Positions 1-11,400 of a stretch of DNA of 64,000 nt are shown here, in pieces; the first letter of the stretch is position 1, and the number at the start of each line of letters is the position of its first letter. The stretch comes from Saccostrea cucullata (lineage: Eukaryota), in the NCBI RefSeq assembly GCF_032062105.1, contig NW_026920581.1:1674001-1738000 (forward strand), in the 5' to 3' direction. The notes beneath the pieces are model-generated. The model ran no database searches and had not been told where the DNA came from. It saw nothing but the letters and a program-made list of their open reading frames with translations. The position numbers were made by a program, and so were the translations under genes.

Positions 1-530
1 AGCGGAGGTTGACAATGGTTTTCCGAAGGGTGTCAATTTCAACTGTTACCCTCCAAAACAGGCACCATTTATTTTATTATACTGAATTTCTTCTTGATTT
101 ACTATGTCAGCAATACAAATCGTCGATCGCCTTTTCGTTCACGTTTAGAAAGCTTTCAAACTCCCCGCTACTTCGAAAAAGATTTACTGACCTCTTTATT
201 GTTTATTTGATACTCTACGAGTCCTTTCTCAGCTAATGTTTCGTTATTTCTGCACTCGCAAGCATGTTTCGTCTGTCGTTTGTTGTATGTTTTCAAGTAA
301 GCTATATCGGACGCAAGCTTTTATTGACGTCAAGTTTATTCCGGTTCTTTCAAACGCGCAGCTGACGTTTTGAGAATTCTACGGTGAACCGTACGCGCAT
401 AATTTCCACGCATATGGCATTACCGTCGTCTTACCCGTTGCCACGTGTGTTGCTAAGGCTCAGGGTAATAGAACAGATTGTTAACTGCGTCTAAACCAAT
501 CAGATTTTAGTATTTAACATGAAAGTATGA
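1..530. repeat. Probable interspersed repeat / non-autonomous DNA element fragment, cut by the window edge
   Basis: CpG-richer than the flanks, no credible ORF. Resembles dispersed bivalve repeats from memory only. Confidence 0.35.
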
Positions 531-689
531 TAAAAACATATGTACTTGGAAGTCTAAAATCAATCTTATAAATTTAATGAAATGGTTTTTGGAACACTGG
601 TGCCCTCATATGGCAGCTTTTTGTGAAAGTTAAATTTTCTCACATGTAAGTTAAATTCAAATGCCAATAGATTTTACCCAAAGAAAGAA

Positions 690-1280
690 TAATTGTACCT
701 GTGAAATATGAAAGCCCAAGCACCAACCATTCAAAAGTTATGACCAGGATAAATTTTTTTTTGAATGTGGATCAAACATCAAGGTCATGATCAAAGTCAA
801 AGGGAAATGATATATGTACCCAAGGGAAGATTTTATCATTAAGTGGATCAAAGTCCAAGGTCAAGGTTAAATGTAAACATTGTTAGCATCCAAAGGTCTT
901 GTCCCAAGGAATACGTCTGTGAAATATGAAGTCCCTAGATCTAAGTGTGCATAAGTACTAGTCATGGCTTACTTTAATTTTAAAAGCCTTTTTTAAAAAA
1001 ACTTTGTTTATTTAAAGGGGGTCAAAGGTCATGGTAAAAAATATTTAAATCATTTGAGATATCTTATCTTGTCAAAATCAATGCATATGTGAAATATGAA
1101 AGCGATACCACAGTTCAAAAGTTATGACCAAGGTTAAAGTTTGAATTTTTTTAAAGCCACAACTCCAACTAATTCACAATTATGAACATGGTTAAAGTTT
1201 TGTGGACAAACAGACAGACGGATGGATGAAGTAAAAACTATATACATGTACCCCCGAATCTTCGATTATGTGGGCATAAA
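690..1280 (-). mobile_element. Degenerate Helitron/HINE-like element with internal tandem units
   Basis: GTGAAATATGAA...GTTATGACCA...AAGGTCA recurs at about 701, 919 and 1089. A (GACA/GACG)n microsatellite lies at ~1205-1228 and the terminus CCCCCG...GGGCATAAAA at ~1251-1280. Confidence 0.6.
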
Positions 1281-1361
1281 AGCGATTCATTCTTACAAGA
1301 ACGATACTTTTCTTTTCTCCCCTTTTTTTTAAATGACTAATGTGTTCCCCTGGGTACACAG

Positions 1362-3373
1362 ATCCTACAGACTACGCCTCATCACTGGTGTTTGACGGCC
1401 TTTATTACCTGAATCATAACCCAGACGTGGTCAGTCTAGGCATCCACACTCTGGAGAAGGCAAGGAACCATTGGCTCACCAAGGGGATTGACGAGGGGCG
1501 GCAGGCCATAGGGAGTTTTCATGTTAAACAGTACTTGAGAAGGTAACTTTTTCATATATACATGTAAGGAATACTTTTGAAACTATTTATCTTTTTCAAT
1601 GTCTCCACCATGGAATGAGGGGATTAAATGTTGGTTTTAATTAAAAATTATTTCATTTTTCATCTTAATTGGTTGGTTAACGAGTTTCAGAATACATGTA
1701 TATGTTTTAGTCGAACTATTTCCAGATGTAGAAAACCTTTACGATATAAAGGAAATAAATACATGTGTAACTGACAGGTTGTAAGAAGAATTCCCTGAGG
1801 ACAAATCTCTCCTTGAAAAGGGGGTAGAAGGGATTTTAGCAAAAAAGAATAATTTCATTAAAATTTAGATTAAATTTCTTCCTAGATTCGGTTAATCATA
1901 AAATGTACTCTAACTAACAGATAAGTAACTTCTATTTTGATTGAACAAAAACCCAGAGACTTGGTCTTTTCAGATACATCGATCTAGCCAATGCATTTGG
2001 AACAAAATATCGTCAAGCAATCCATCATTACATTAACCACACCAGTACAGAACACCGTGTTGGTTACATAGAAGGGGGATATGGGGGAACTTGGACCATT
2101 TCTGCTCATGGAGTTTATATTGGCGCCTCTGCTAGAATGGGAGGAGCTATCGACAGTTTAACGTGGAATAATCGAGAGCTGGTGAATTCATTCGACCACG
2201 GTCGAGAATTGCAAATGGCCTGCAACAGCAATACGTATGCTGAATGTTACAATCCCACTGAAGCGGGTGGCCGAGACGATTCTCATTCTGAACATACCAA
2301 AACATCCATCCAATGGGTTAGGGCGCATGGTAACATACTAGAATCCGAGGTATGCACATTTAGTTTTAGTCTTTGTCTTCAATATATATTTGTCGCCCGC
2401 GTGGCGCAGTGGTTAGAGCGTCTGCTCTAGCGTCGCGAAGTAAGGAGTTGATCCTTACGTCGCGGGTTCGAATCCCACTGCGGGACCTGGAGACCGGTCG
2501 TTCGGATGAGACCGTATAAACCGACGTCCTGTCGCTGTAGATGCTGGCACGAAAAAGATCCCTCACTGCTCAATGGCCCTAAGTGCCGAATATAGGACAA
2601 AATCTGTAGCTCTCCATCGGCAAGTGGTGGCGTCTCCATATAAGTGAAATTTCTCGAGAGGGACGTTAAACAATGTACAATCAATCAATTAATGTATATT
2701 TCGACATTATGGTCCCCTTGCAAAGCAGTTGGATGATATATATATATATAGCAGCGCACTTTTATGTGGGGGTTGTGCAAAGCAGAAGTAACTTTTTAGC
2801 TCACTTGAGCCGAAGGCTCAGGTGAGCTTTTCTGATCACATTTTGTCCGTCGTCCGTCCGTCTGTAAACTTTTCACATTTTCGACTTCTTCTCAAGAACC
2901 ACCAGGCCAAATTTGACCAAGCTTGGTACAAAGCATCCTTGGGTGAAGGGGAATTTAAATTGTAAAAATGAAGGGCCAAGTCCCCTCTCAAGGGGAGATA
3001 ATCAAGACAAGACAAAAATAGGGTGGGGTCATTAAAAAATCTTCTTCTCAAGAACCACTGGGCCAGAAAAGCTGAAACTTATGTGGAAGCATTCTGGGGT
3101 AGTGTAAATTCTAAATTGTTCAAATCATGACCCCCCAGGGATAGGGCAGGGCCACAATGGGGAATCAAATTTTTACATAGAAATATATTGAAAAAATCTT
3201 TAAAAATCTTCTTCTCAAGAACCACTGGGCCAGAAAAGCTGAAACTTATGTGGAAGCTTCCTGAGATAGTGTAGATTTCAAATTGTCCAAATTATGATCG
3301 ACCAATGGGGTAGGGTGGGGTCACAATATGTATTACAAAGGGGAAATCTACTAAAGAACAGCATGGTCAAAGC

Positions 3374-3410
<37 letters not shown>

Positions 3411-4095
3411 GTGCATCGGGATAGCTCCCTTACAGATTTTTTTTCTTTGCGAGGTGCTTTTTCGCTTTTGTAGTGCGCTTGCTGTGCATGTATTTTTTTT
3501 ATTTCAGGTACACCCAGCTTTCTGGTTGCGTCCCGGAGACCACGAAACCCAGCAATTGACAATACATGGCTGCACGCGAGGTTCACCAGCATTGAACCAT
3601 CAAATGACATACAGATATCCCTTCCATAAAAAAGTTACCATTGGTACCCATGGGATCGATAATTGCATCGAATACATATCCAATTTTACAATCGGGGGAG
3701 ACTGGCCCGCTGATTTAAAATTCATTCAAATGGAAGCCCCAGCGGGGTATATGGCTGGAGATTTCAATCAGATTTACTATTTCAATCCCAAAACCGTTAC
3801 CATGGAGATACAAAAAACTGACAACCATCCGGTAGTTCTATCCACACATGACAACCAGTACGCTGTAGGAGTTTATACATCACCCGATCAAGACAGCGAT
3901 ATTCCAGTTAAATATGGCGCCCATGTATTTCAAATTGGAACCTTTGATAATAACACGGGAAAATGGAATGTCGTTTTCAGAAAGTATCGAACCCATGGTA
4001 ACCAACCAGTCCAATATGTGTACAAGACATATATTTGTGTTGGGTCATTGGGGATGGTCTCGAACTGTCTACACAAAATTACGCAAAGGATATGA
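1362..4095 (+). CDS. Uncharacterised protein with bacterial-type 'FD..YYL..NPDV...HW...G..EGR' repeats and a probable beta-rich C-terminal domain (5' exon not found)
   Basis: Exons 1362-1542, 1974-2349 and 3508-4095 have GT-AG sites and compatible phases (2, 0), giving one ~380-aa frame ending in TGA at 4093-4095. The joins read ...KQYLR|RYIDLANAFG... and ...NILESE|VHPAFWLRPG... Confidence 0.8.
2392..2690 (+). mobile_element. tRNA-derived SINE, Nin/Deu-domain type
   Basis: A-box TGGCGCAGTGG (2402) and B-box GGTTCGAATCC (2465). Central GGATGAGACCGTATAAACCGACGTCC...GCACGAAAAAGATCCC resembles the Nin/Deu domain. (CAAT)n tail. Near-perfect TSD AATATATATTT (2381) / AATGTATATTT (2691). Confidence 0.8.
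2793..3410 (+). mobile_element. Helentron-associated non-autonomous element (HINE) carrying ~167-bp Cg170-like satellite units
   Basis: 5' TTTTAGCTCACTTGAG...CTCAGGTGAGC sub-TIR/hairpin and (GTCC)n microsatellite. Units starting AAAATCTTCTTCTCAAGAACCACTGGGCC at ~3036 and ~3203. 3' end CTCAGGTGAGC...GGCCCATGGGCC-TCTTGTT. Confidence 0.85.
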
Positions 4096-4179
4096 TACTT
4101 TATATTACATTATTTGTTCAATGCCATAATTAAAGTTGCATAACTTGACAAATTTTATTTTCTTGTTCAAAACATTATA

Positions 4180-4318
4180 CATTTGTTGACTGAATTCGAG
4201 GGCAAGATGCGTTTTGTAGGAGCCAAGAACTAAACTGTCTGCCTGAGGCCGGCCTCAGGCAGACAGTTTGGTTCGAGGGTCGACAAAACGCTTTTTGTCC
4301 GAGAACAGTCAATAAATG
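4180..4318. repeat. ~140-bp foldback palindrome with a perfect 38-bp core
   Basis: AAACTGTCTGCCTGAGGCC|GGCCTCAGGCAGACAGTTT at 4232-4269. Imperfect arms extend to CATTTGTTGACTG / CAGTCAATAAATG. Confidence 0.9.
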
Positions 4319-4809
4319 TTTTGTTATACCATTCATTTTAATTTTTTTAACATACATGTATTTTGTACTGTCTTTCGTGATGTAACAACATGACCGTCAC
4401 TTTTGAAAATGAGATTAAGCTCCGCCCATTCTGTGACGTAAGCGGTCCAACATCTCACTAAGCTGTCCAACATCATTTTTTTATGCCCGCTCAGCAAAAC
4501 ATTAGAAATGTTAGACTTTTTTCCGTATATACTTGTATGGAACAAATTTTCAAAGGTTTAACAACATGGTTTCTTCAACATCAATTAATTCTGCTGCAAT
4601 TGTAATTTTAACTTTTAAAAACATCAATGACAGACAAATGATTATATATAAATATCAATAATTTAATAATCAACAGATAACAAAAGCATAATGCATGATA
4701 AATAGATCTACAGAATAACACAAAATATGTGCTGTATGTTCATTGTACAAGTTGATCACAGGAAATGCACTCAGATGGGTCAAAGCGGTATAACTCTGTT
4801 ATGGGAACG

Positions 4810-7257
4810 TCACTCTGATGTGGAATCGCTGAGTTGGCCCTCGGAACCACTTGACCACTGTCCATTGGCTACAAAAAAATCAAAAGAAACATGTATATAC
4901 AGAACTCATTAAACATTAATCTGCAAGAAAGAAATAATATAACATCTATATTACTAAATTGTAATTTACATATTCACATAAATTCAGATTACTTCAAATA
5001 TTTACCCAGTAAGTACCGTGTGTTTGCTATCGTCGGATACCCACCGACGATCTTGTCCTTCGAGTAGAAGACGATCACCCTTGGGTATCCAACAATGAGT
5101 TTTAGCATTTGAGTATCTGAATACATGAATCTCTCTGACAATGTTACTTACAATAACTTTTTGAGTTGATGCGACTGTTCTGGTTGCTGACGAATATCTG
5201 TTGCTTCTTCTGTCTGGCACGTGCGTTCTGAAACCAAACTTGTGCAACACGCCTACTGACTCCTGCCGTAAGAGCAATCCTGTTCAACTCCTGGCTGTCG
5301 GGGTTGCTCTCGATCCTAAAGTTTGCTTGAAGGATCTGGAGTTGCTCTTCAGTAAATGACGACCGCACTCTTTTGGCCTTTGGTTTGCTGCTCTGTTCTG
5401 AATCTGAAATTATTATGACATCCATGTTTCACATCTTGATTATTCTTGGGTTATTGTATTTCCTGACGTTAACATACAATGAATCACTCTCGGAAAAAAA
5501 CCTTTTTTAAAACTCATTTAAAAATACTTATAGATTATGTTACATTAAAAGTTAAAAATCTATCAGTTTAAATTTTATATTTAAAACAATCTTGAAAAAA
5601 TCCATGTCAAGTAAGAGAGGATTTTCAAAGCAAAGCAAATGGTTTTTAGATTAATTTTTCATTTTCTTGTCACAATAAGATATTTTAATCAAATTTTCCA
5701 CTAAGAAACATGACAGTCTAAGAAACATGACATTCAATACAGAAGAAGGAAACACCAATGTCTTCATATATGACTAATATTTAAATGATCAAAATTATTG
5801 AATATTTATGGCTCGAAATGGTTAGAACATCAGAACCCCTCCGTCACATGTAACATTTCGTCGCAATCTCTCACCAGAGGGCGTTTACGCTCCTCCGCTC
5901 CAACACGAAGCGCGCCCTCTGGTGAGAGATTGATTTCGTCGATGGTCGTTCGGTTTTTATTTGTTTTTTGTAAATCTCTCTGTTGTGCAAGATTATGTAT
6001 TACTTCCCTGATGTAATAAAGAAGTAATTCTTTGAATAAGGGATACGAAACATTTTAAGAAAAGGCTCATTTCTCCGCCTCATCCTTATGGAGACTGTTC
6101 CTTATTAATGAAATAGATACCTTGTTCTGTCCCTCCCTCGATGAGCGATGTGTAGTGTCGTAGACATAGTACTTGGTCCCCATTCAGGGCGAATTCCTCT
6201 CCCGTGGAAAGTTGTCTTTGGCACGTATCACAAGCAAAACAGGCAAGGTGGTACACGTTATCCCGGGCTCGCCTGACCCAATCTGTAGACTGTATCCTCC
6301 TCAAACACTTAGAGCACTTCGTTCCAAATTCACTGCAATAATAAAAAAATTATAATAAAACCATGAAAATATATATAAAGGCATTTTTTTAATCTTTTCG
6401 GGGTGCGTTGGGAGTGGGGGTTGAATAGATCTAGATGTTCGGGGGAGGGGATGTGAATACATGTAGATAGATGTTTCTAAAAGCTAAGTATAATACGTAC
6501 CCGATGTAGTCTTGTCTGCAGTAAATATTGTCATCTTTGACGAAGCAGCTTTCCTCTTGGTCCAGCTGAAGACAGCAGACACAACATCGGAGACAACTTG
6601 AGTGCCAACTGGCGCCATTGACGTGTAGGAAATATCGGTCTAAGATAAGTTCGTGACATCCTTCGCAGATCTGGTCTTCGCACTGCAAGTCAACCATATT
6701 TCATCTCAGTCAACAGTTTAGCGAGAGAATTCATTGTATATACTTTATGCAGAATTTCTATGTATAATAGGTTTTTGTTCTCCCAGCTGTCCCTTATTTG
6801 ATGAATAGTTCGTTTCTTTACATGGCAGGTACAAATTACAAATTCTTATTCTGAACTTAACGTTTGACAAAATAATTTATTCAAAAAGTGCTTTAATTAA
6901 TATTTCATGAACACGTTTTCTGTCATTTATTGTGAGACTTTATAAACTGTGAACAAAATTCTCCAATATTTCTAATTTACGATATGCTGTAGCATAAGAA
7001 ATAATTTAAAGACCTACGTGTATATATATTCCCTTTTTAAAATTTCTTTTCATCCCTAAAGAATTACCTTTTAGGGATTATTTTACACATTTTCTCTATT
7101 TTTTGAAAATACTGACCGATTCCACGGGAGACGTAAGTTGTTCTGCAAATGCTGAATCAGACGACAGCGACGAAGAGGAGGATCCAAGTTCTTCAAAACT
7201 AGTCATCATCATCTCTTGGTCGCAAGACAGGTCCACACGGGTCAGTTCGGTCAACAT
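4810..7257 (-). CDS. Awh: LIM/homeobox protein, Arrowhead (Lhx6/8) class, ~281 aa
   Basis: Exons 7257-7117, 6682-6501, 6332-6121, 5403-5152 and 4868-4810 are phase-consistent (846 nt). Two LIM domains (CEGC...[11 protein letters not shown]...CRQD; CSKC...[11 protein letters not shown]...CLRH) and homeodomain [26 protein letters not shown]...[13 protein letters not shown]. Confidence 0.92.
5864..5932. repeat. Small hairpin element with perfect 20-bp inverted repeats, in an Awh intron
   Basis: CAATCTCTCACCAGAGGGCG (5864-5883) / CGCCCTCTGGTGAGAGATTG (5913-5932). Confidence 0.85.
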
Positions 7258-7299
7258 GGTGAAATCCCCAAAAAGGTTGCACTGGAATGTGACCAGTTC

Positions 7300-7308
7300 A
7301 ATATATAG
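7300..7308 (-). promoter_or_regulatory. TATA-like box upstream of Awh
   Basis: CTATATAT on the minus strand about 45 bp upstream of the ATG. Confidence 0.35.
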
Positions 7309-7700
7309 AAAGTCCTAATGACTGAACATCGTTCACCTAGGTTATACAGTGTTTGTTTTGCATTTTAATTGATCACTTCCAGAGATCAAAAGTGGCACCT
7401 GATATCCCGTCGCGTGGCAGGCATGCACGCGCGTGTTCACGCTCTAATTATCCCGTTGAAAAAATATCAGTGACCGTAACACTCTTATGTCATAAGTCAG
7501 CTATTTAATTATTTAAACAGTATATTGTGTAATTTCTCGATTTCATGCAATCCGATTAAATATATTTTTTCCTTTATTTTTGTAGAACTTTGCTATAAAC
7601 ATTTATAGAAAAATTAAATGGTGTTTAATAAAAATGGCTGTTATACATTTAAAAAAAAAATAGTTATGTTATAAACTAGTATAAATAATTAAGACTGGAC

Positions 7701-7922
7701 NNNNNNNNNNNNNNNNNNNNNNNNNNNNNNNNNNNNNNNNNNNNNNNNNNNNNNNNNNNNNNNNNNNNNNNNNNNNNNNNNNNNNNNNNNNNNNNNNNNN
7801 NNNNNNNNNNNNNNNNNNNNNNNNNNNNNNNNNNNNNNNNNNNNNNNNNNNNNNNNNNNNNNNNNNNNNNNNNNNNNNNNNNNNNNNNNNNNNNNNNNNN
7901 NNNNNNNNNNNNNNNNNNNNNN
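7701..7922. other. Assembly gap (N run)
   Basis: 222 N. Confidence 1.
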
Positions 7923-8354
7923 CCTCTTGATCGACTCAAGTTATGTTTTCACATTTTTATAGTTAATTTTTAGAGAGAGAGAAAGACTATCAACTAAATT
8001 TATGGTTCCACCCCTGATTTGCTTGTTGTGTGTGTTGGGGGGGGGGGGTCTGACATTTGAAAGCAAATGGAATTTATCCCGGTGCAGTGTAAGAAAAAAA
8101 AATCAATTTTCATTTTCAATCAATTTTATCAGAGACATATAAAAATGGTTTTTATATGTCTCTCATCTTGAATAGGGCCTAACTACTAAAATAGCTGGTG
8201 TAGTCCCCTATTCAATTTCTTATGGAAAAAAGTTAGTCTTGAAACTATTGTAAACTAAAAAGGGGACTTAATCCCATTTACTCTTACAGCAGTGGTCATG
8301 AAAAAACATTTCTATACTTTAAAAAAGAAGAAAAAAAACACTTCTAAAGTAATG

Positions 8355-8470
8355 AAAAAATCCGGACTTAGGATTTCCGGACGTTCTTTGACTGTTATAA
8401 ATCTCCTCTTCCGGTTAAAATGAAAATGGATTCGCAAAGTATGAACTTCCTGTAACTTTCCGAGAACTTT
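8355..8470 (+). promoter_or_regulatory. Probable TATA-less promoter of the PTP gene, with ETS-like CCGGAA/GGAAG motifs
   Basis: Cluster of TCCGGA, TTCCGG and CTTCC motifs just upstream of the ATG at 8490. Confidence 0.4.
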
Positions 8471-8489
8471 TGAGGCAACTTTTACCATT

Positions 8490-11400
8490 ATGGGGTCAGA
8501 AATTGAGAACGAGTTTATCAATTATGACAAATACAATGCCTGGGGTCCAGTTTATCAGGTAAAAATGCCAATAACTTGGATTTAATCGTCAAACAATCAA
8601 GAACAAGACTTCCGGATGGAACTATTTGTAGTTTACATTGGCATATTACTAATATTTCAAGCATGTGGTTTTAAGTCCATCCCGGTTGTAAAAATTAGAC
8701 AAAATCTCTTTTTTATAAAAGAGAAAATGTAAACGTTATGAACAGTTATTTTATTCATGTTGCACAGACTTCGATTAGGCCCATATCACTATGAAAACTT
8801 TTAGTGCTATGATTTTTTTAAGTTGTTAATTCAAACTTTAAAATTTGACTTTTCCGATTTTTAAGTGCCAATATCCAACAATTGATGTTCCAAAACGTTA
8901 TATTATTGAGAAGTACTTGAAGGTCATTGACAAAATTTTATTAGTGATCATCCTGATTGACTTGAATGGGCAAATAAATTCTCAATACTAGAGGTAAAAG
9001 AAATTGAAAGGCAAGGGCAAGTGAATATTTCTGAGAGAAATATGTTTTCATCTAGTTTATTTGGTTTGTAGATAAAACAATAAGTTGAACACTTGATTTC
9101 TGCTGGGAACATGACTGACATGTTGCATTTAGAAACTCTTAGCATATTCAAGATTTTACCATTCAGAAATCAAATTTGTGATTCTGTTTTCTTTCGTGGT
9201 AAATACACTCTACATTGTACAACTTTGATACCTACTTATTAGAAAAGAAAAGAATATTTATTCACTCACATAATGTATATAATTTTATGTATATATACAT
9301 GCATAACACAAATAATGATGAAGATACATGAATGCAAAGTTGTGTCAGGGGTGTGCAATTAGAAAAATCAATTACTAGCCCACGGGCTAGTGGCAGCTAT
9401 AAAGTTACTAGCCCCAAGTGAAAAGTTACTAGCCCAAATATAGGGGCAAAAATTAAAATAAAAAACTATACATTGAAAAGAAATTGATATTTGAAAAAGT
9501 CAGGGTACTGAAGTCATTCTTTTTAAAATTAAAGTTTAATTCTCACTATGAAATTAAATTATGTATAAATTATAATGAAAGAAGATTAAAATGAATGTAA
9601 ATAAAGTATCTTCCCTTTTTTCTGAACATTGCACTAGCTCATTTAGAATGAAATTTTATTCATTTTGTTTTCATCTTAAATCATTAAATACACTATAAAT
9701 ATATTTAATTTGAGTCATAAAACACTTATCTTTCAGTTGATTGAGTGATCGTAAATAATTTAATGAGATATCTGCATGTATTTTCCATAAAAGAAAAGAA
9801 TAGAGGAAATTCGGGTTAGGAAAAAACGATCGTTTTGGGAAGTAAATAAGTCAAGTAGTGCTGCAGAACAGATAAGATTATGGAGATTTATTGAGAGTAG
9901 GAGCATGTTGTCAGAAAAGTTTTCACTGGTTGGGAATTAGATAGCAAAAACGAGTGAAAATTCAGGTTGTGCTTTTCATGGTATTGCGTGTGTAGTTATA
10001 ATTTTTACTAGCCTGGCGGGCTACCTCCATGCAGAGAATCACTAGCCCGACCCCAAAAAGTGGTAGCCCCAGGCGTCTGGCGATGCTAATTGCACACCCC
10101 TGTGTGTGTCATAACAACTTTCTTCCTATAGTGTTTAGAGGTGCTTTACATTTGTGTCTTAACATTTTAAGAAAATATGAAAGGATCCAACAAAAAAATT
10201 TTAAAATATGAATAGGTTAAATTGACAATGATAGTGGAATACATTTCATGTAGAAGTATAGCATTCATTCAATTGAATCAATAAGTGACATTTTTTTCCA
10301 GCAGCTGAATTTGCCAAATAGATAATAGTGTATCTGGTCACACTCTCTTTTATCTTAAAATTTACCCTGATAAATTAGGTTCTTTATGTCTTATTAAATG
10401 TGGATAAATTAATTTGGTATTCTAAGAAGTCAAAGTTTGAGTTCATTTGCTTACAGGGCAAATGACTGAAAGTTTGCCCACAGTTGAGAGCCCTATATAT
10501 GTAGTAGGGCCCTGGCTAAGAAGTTTTATAATTAAACTCTCAAAAATGCTATCAAGTACAATTTCTTTTTGTGTTTTTATTTGTAAATACTATCTTTTAA
10601 TGTTTGCATAATAACAAAATACATGTATTCACAAAATTGGTATGTATTGAAATTTCATTTAAAAATTTATTTTTGTCATTGATATTTTATTGCTGCACTT
10701 CAGATTCACCCCATTAATTAAAATCAAAATGTTTAAGCTGTCACTAGACAACATTCTGTAAGTTATTGCTTTAGTGTGAATTGTTTTAAATATTCAACTA
10801 AAAACAAATATTTCTGAAAAGTTTACTCTGTTTCCTGATTAGATTTAATGTGTTAAATTATGTGTAAGTCAAATATAGAAGGTTAAATTATTTCCTGTCA
10901 AACCCATAGTGATGTTAACATATGTTGTTTATCTTTAAATTTTTGCCAAAAATGTTTTGTTATTATAAATGTAAATATGAATTTTTTCAGGAATTAAAAA
11001 ATGAGGCAGCTATGCAGGCAATTGAAAACGAGTTCTCAACAGCTGAGGCCCGTAATGCAGCAAACAGAAATAAGAACAGATACAGAGATGTCAGTCCATG
11101 TACGTTCTGTGTTGTTTTAAAGCGGCTGTTAATTTAAATACATGTATCTTTGTTGGGTCAATTTTTTTGTGGTTCAAGAAAAAAGTATGGGTTCATGGGA
11201 ATTTGATTTCATGGATGAAGAATTCTTTTAGTAGTTTATGTTATATGACATTTTAATTTTCGTGATGCACATGATTTCACGGGTATCTTAAAACCTGGAA
11301 AAACAATGAGATTTAATCATTTTGAAAGATTCAATTACACATATAAATCAAAAAAGGAAATTTCAGACATAAAAAAAATAACAAAAAAAAAAATTTGTTA

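Noticed and set aside
2395-2486. tRNA gene
   Set aside because: No canonical anticodon arm. It continues into a SINE body, tail and TSD.
3388-3507. Hydrophobic 'signal peptide' at the start of the 235-aa ORF
   Set aside because: It derives from the HINE end and the intron polypyrimidine tract. The real exon starts at the acceptor at 3508.
1362-4095. Bacterial contamination as the source of gene 1
   Set aside because: It has spliceosomal introns containing host-type SINE and HINE elements and is contiguous with the Awh gene.
5002-5151. Extra Awh exon or overlapping 91-aa ORF
   Set aside because: It would need a 35-nt intron or hits an immediate stop. The 5152-to-4868 splice gives a clean phase-1 join.
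7676-7939. 87-aa ORF
   Set aside because: Artefact of the N gap.
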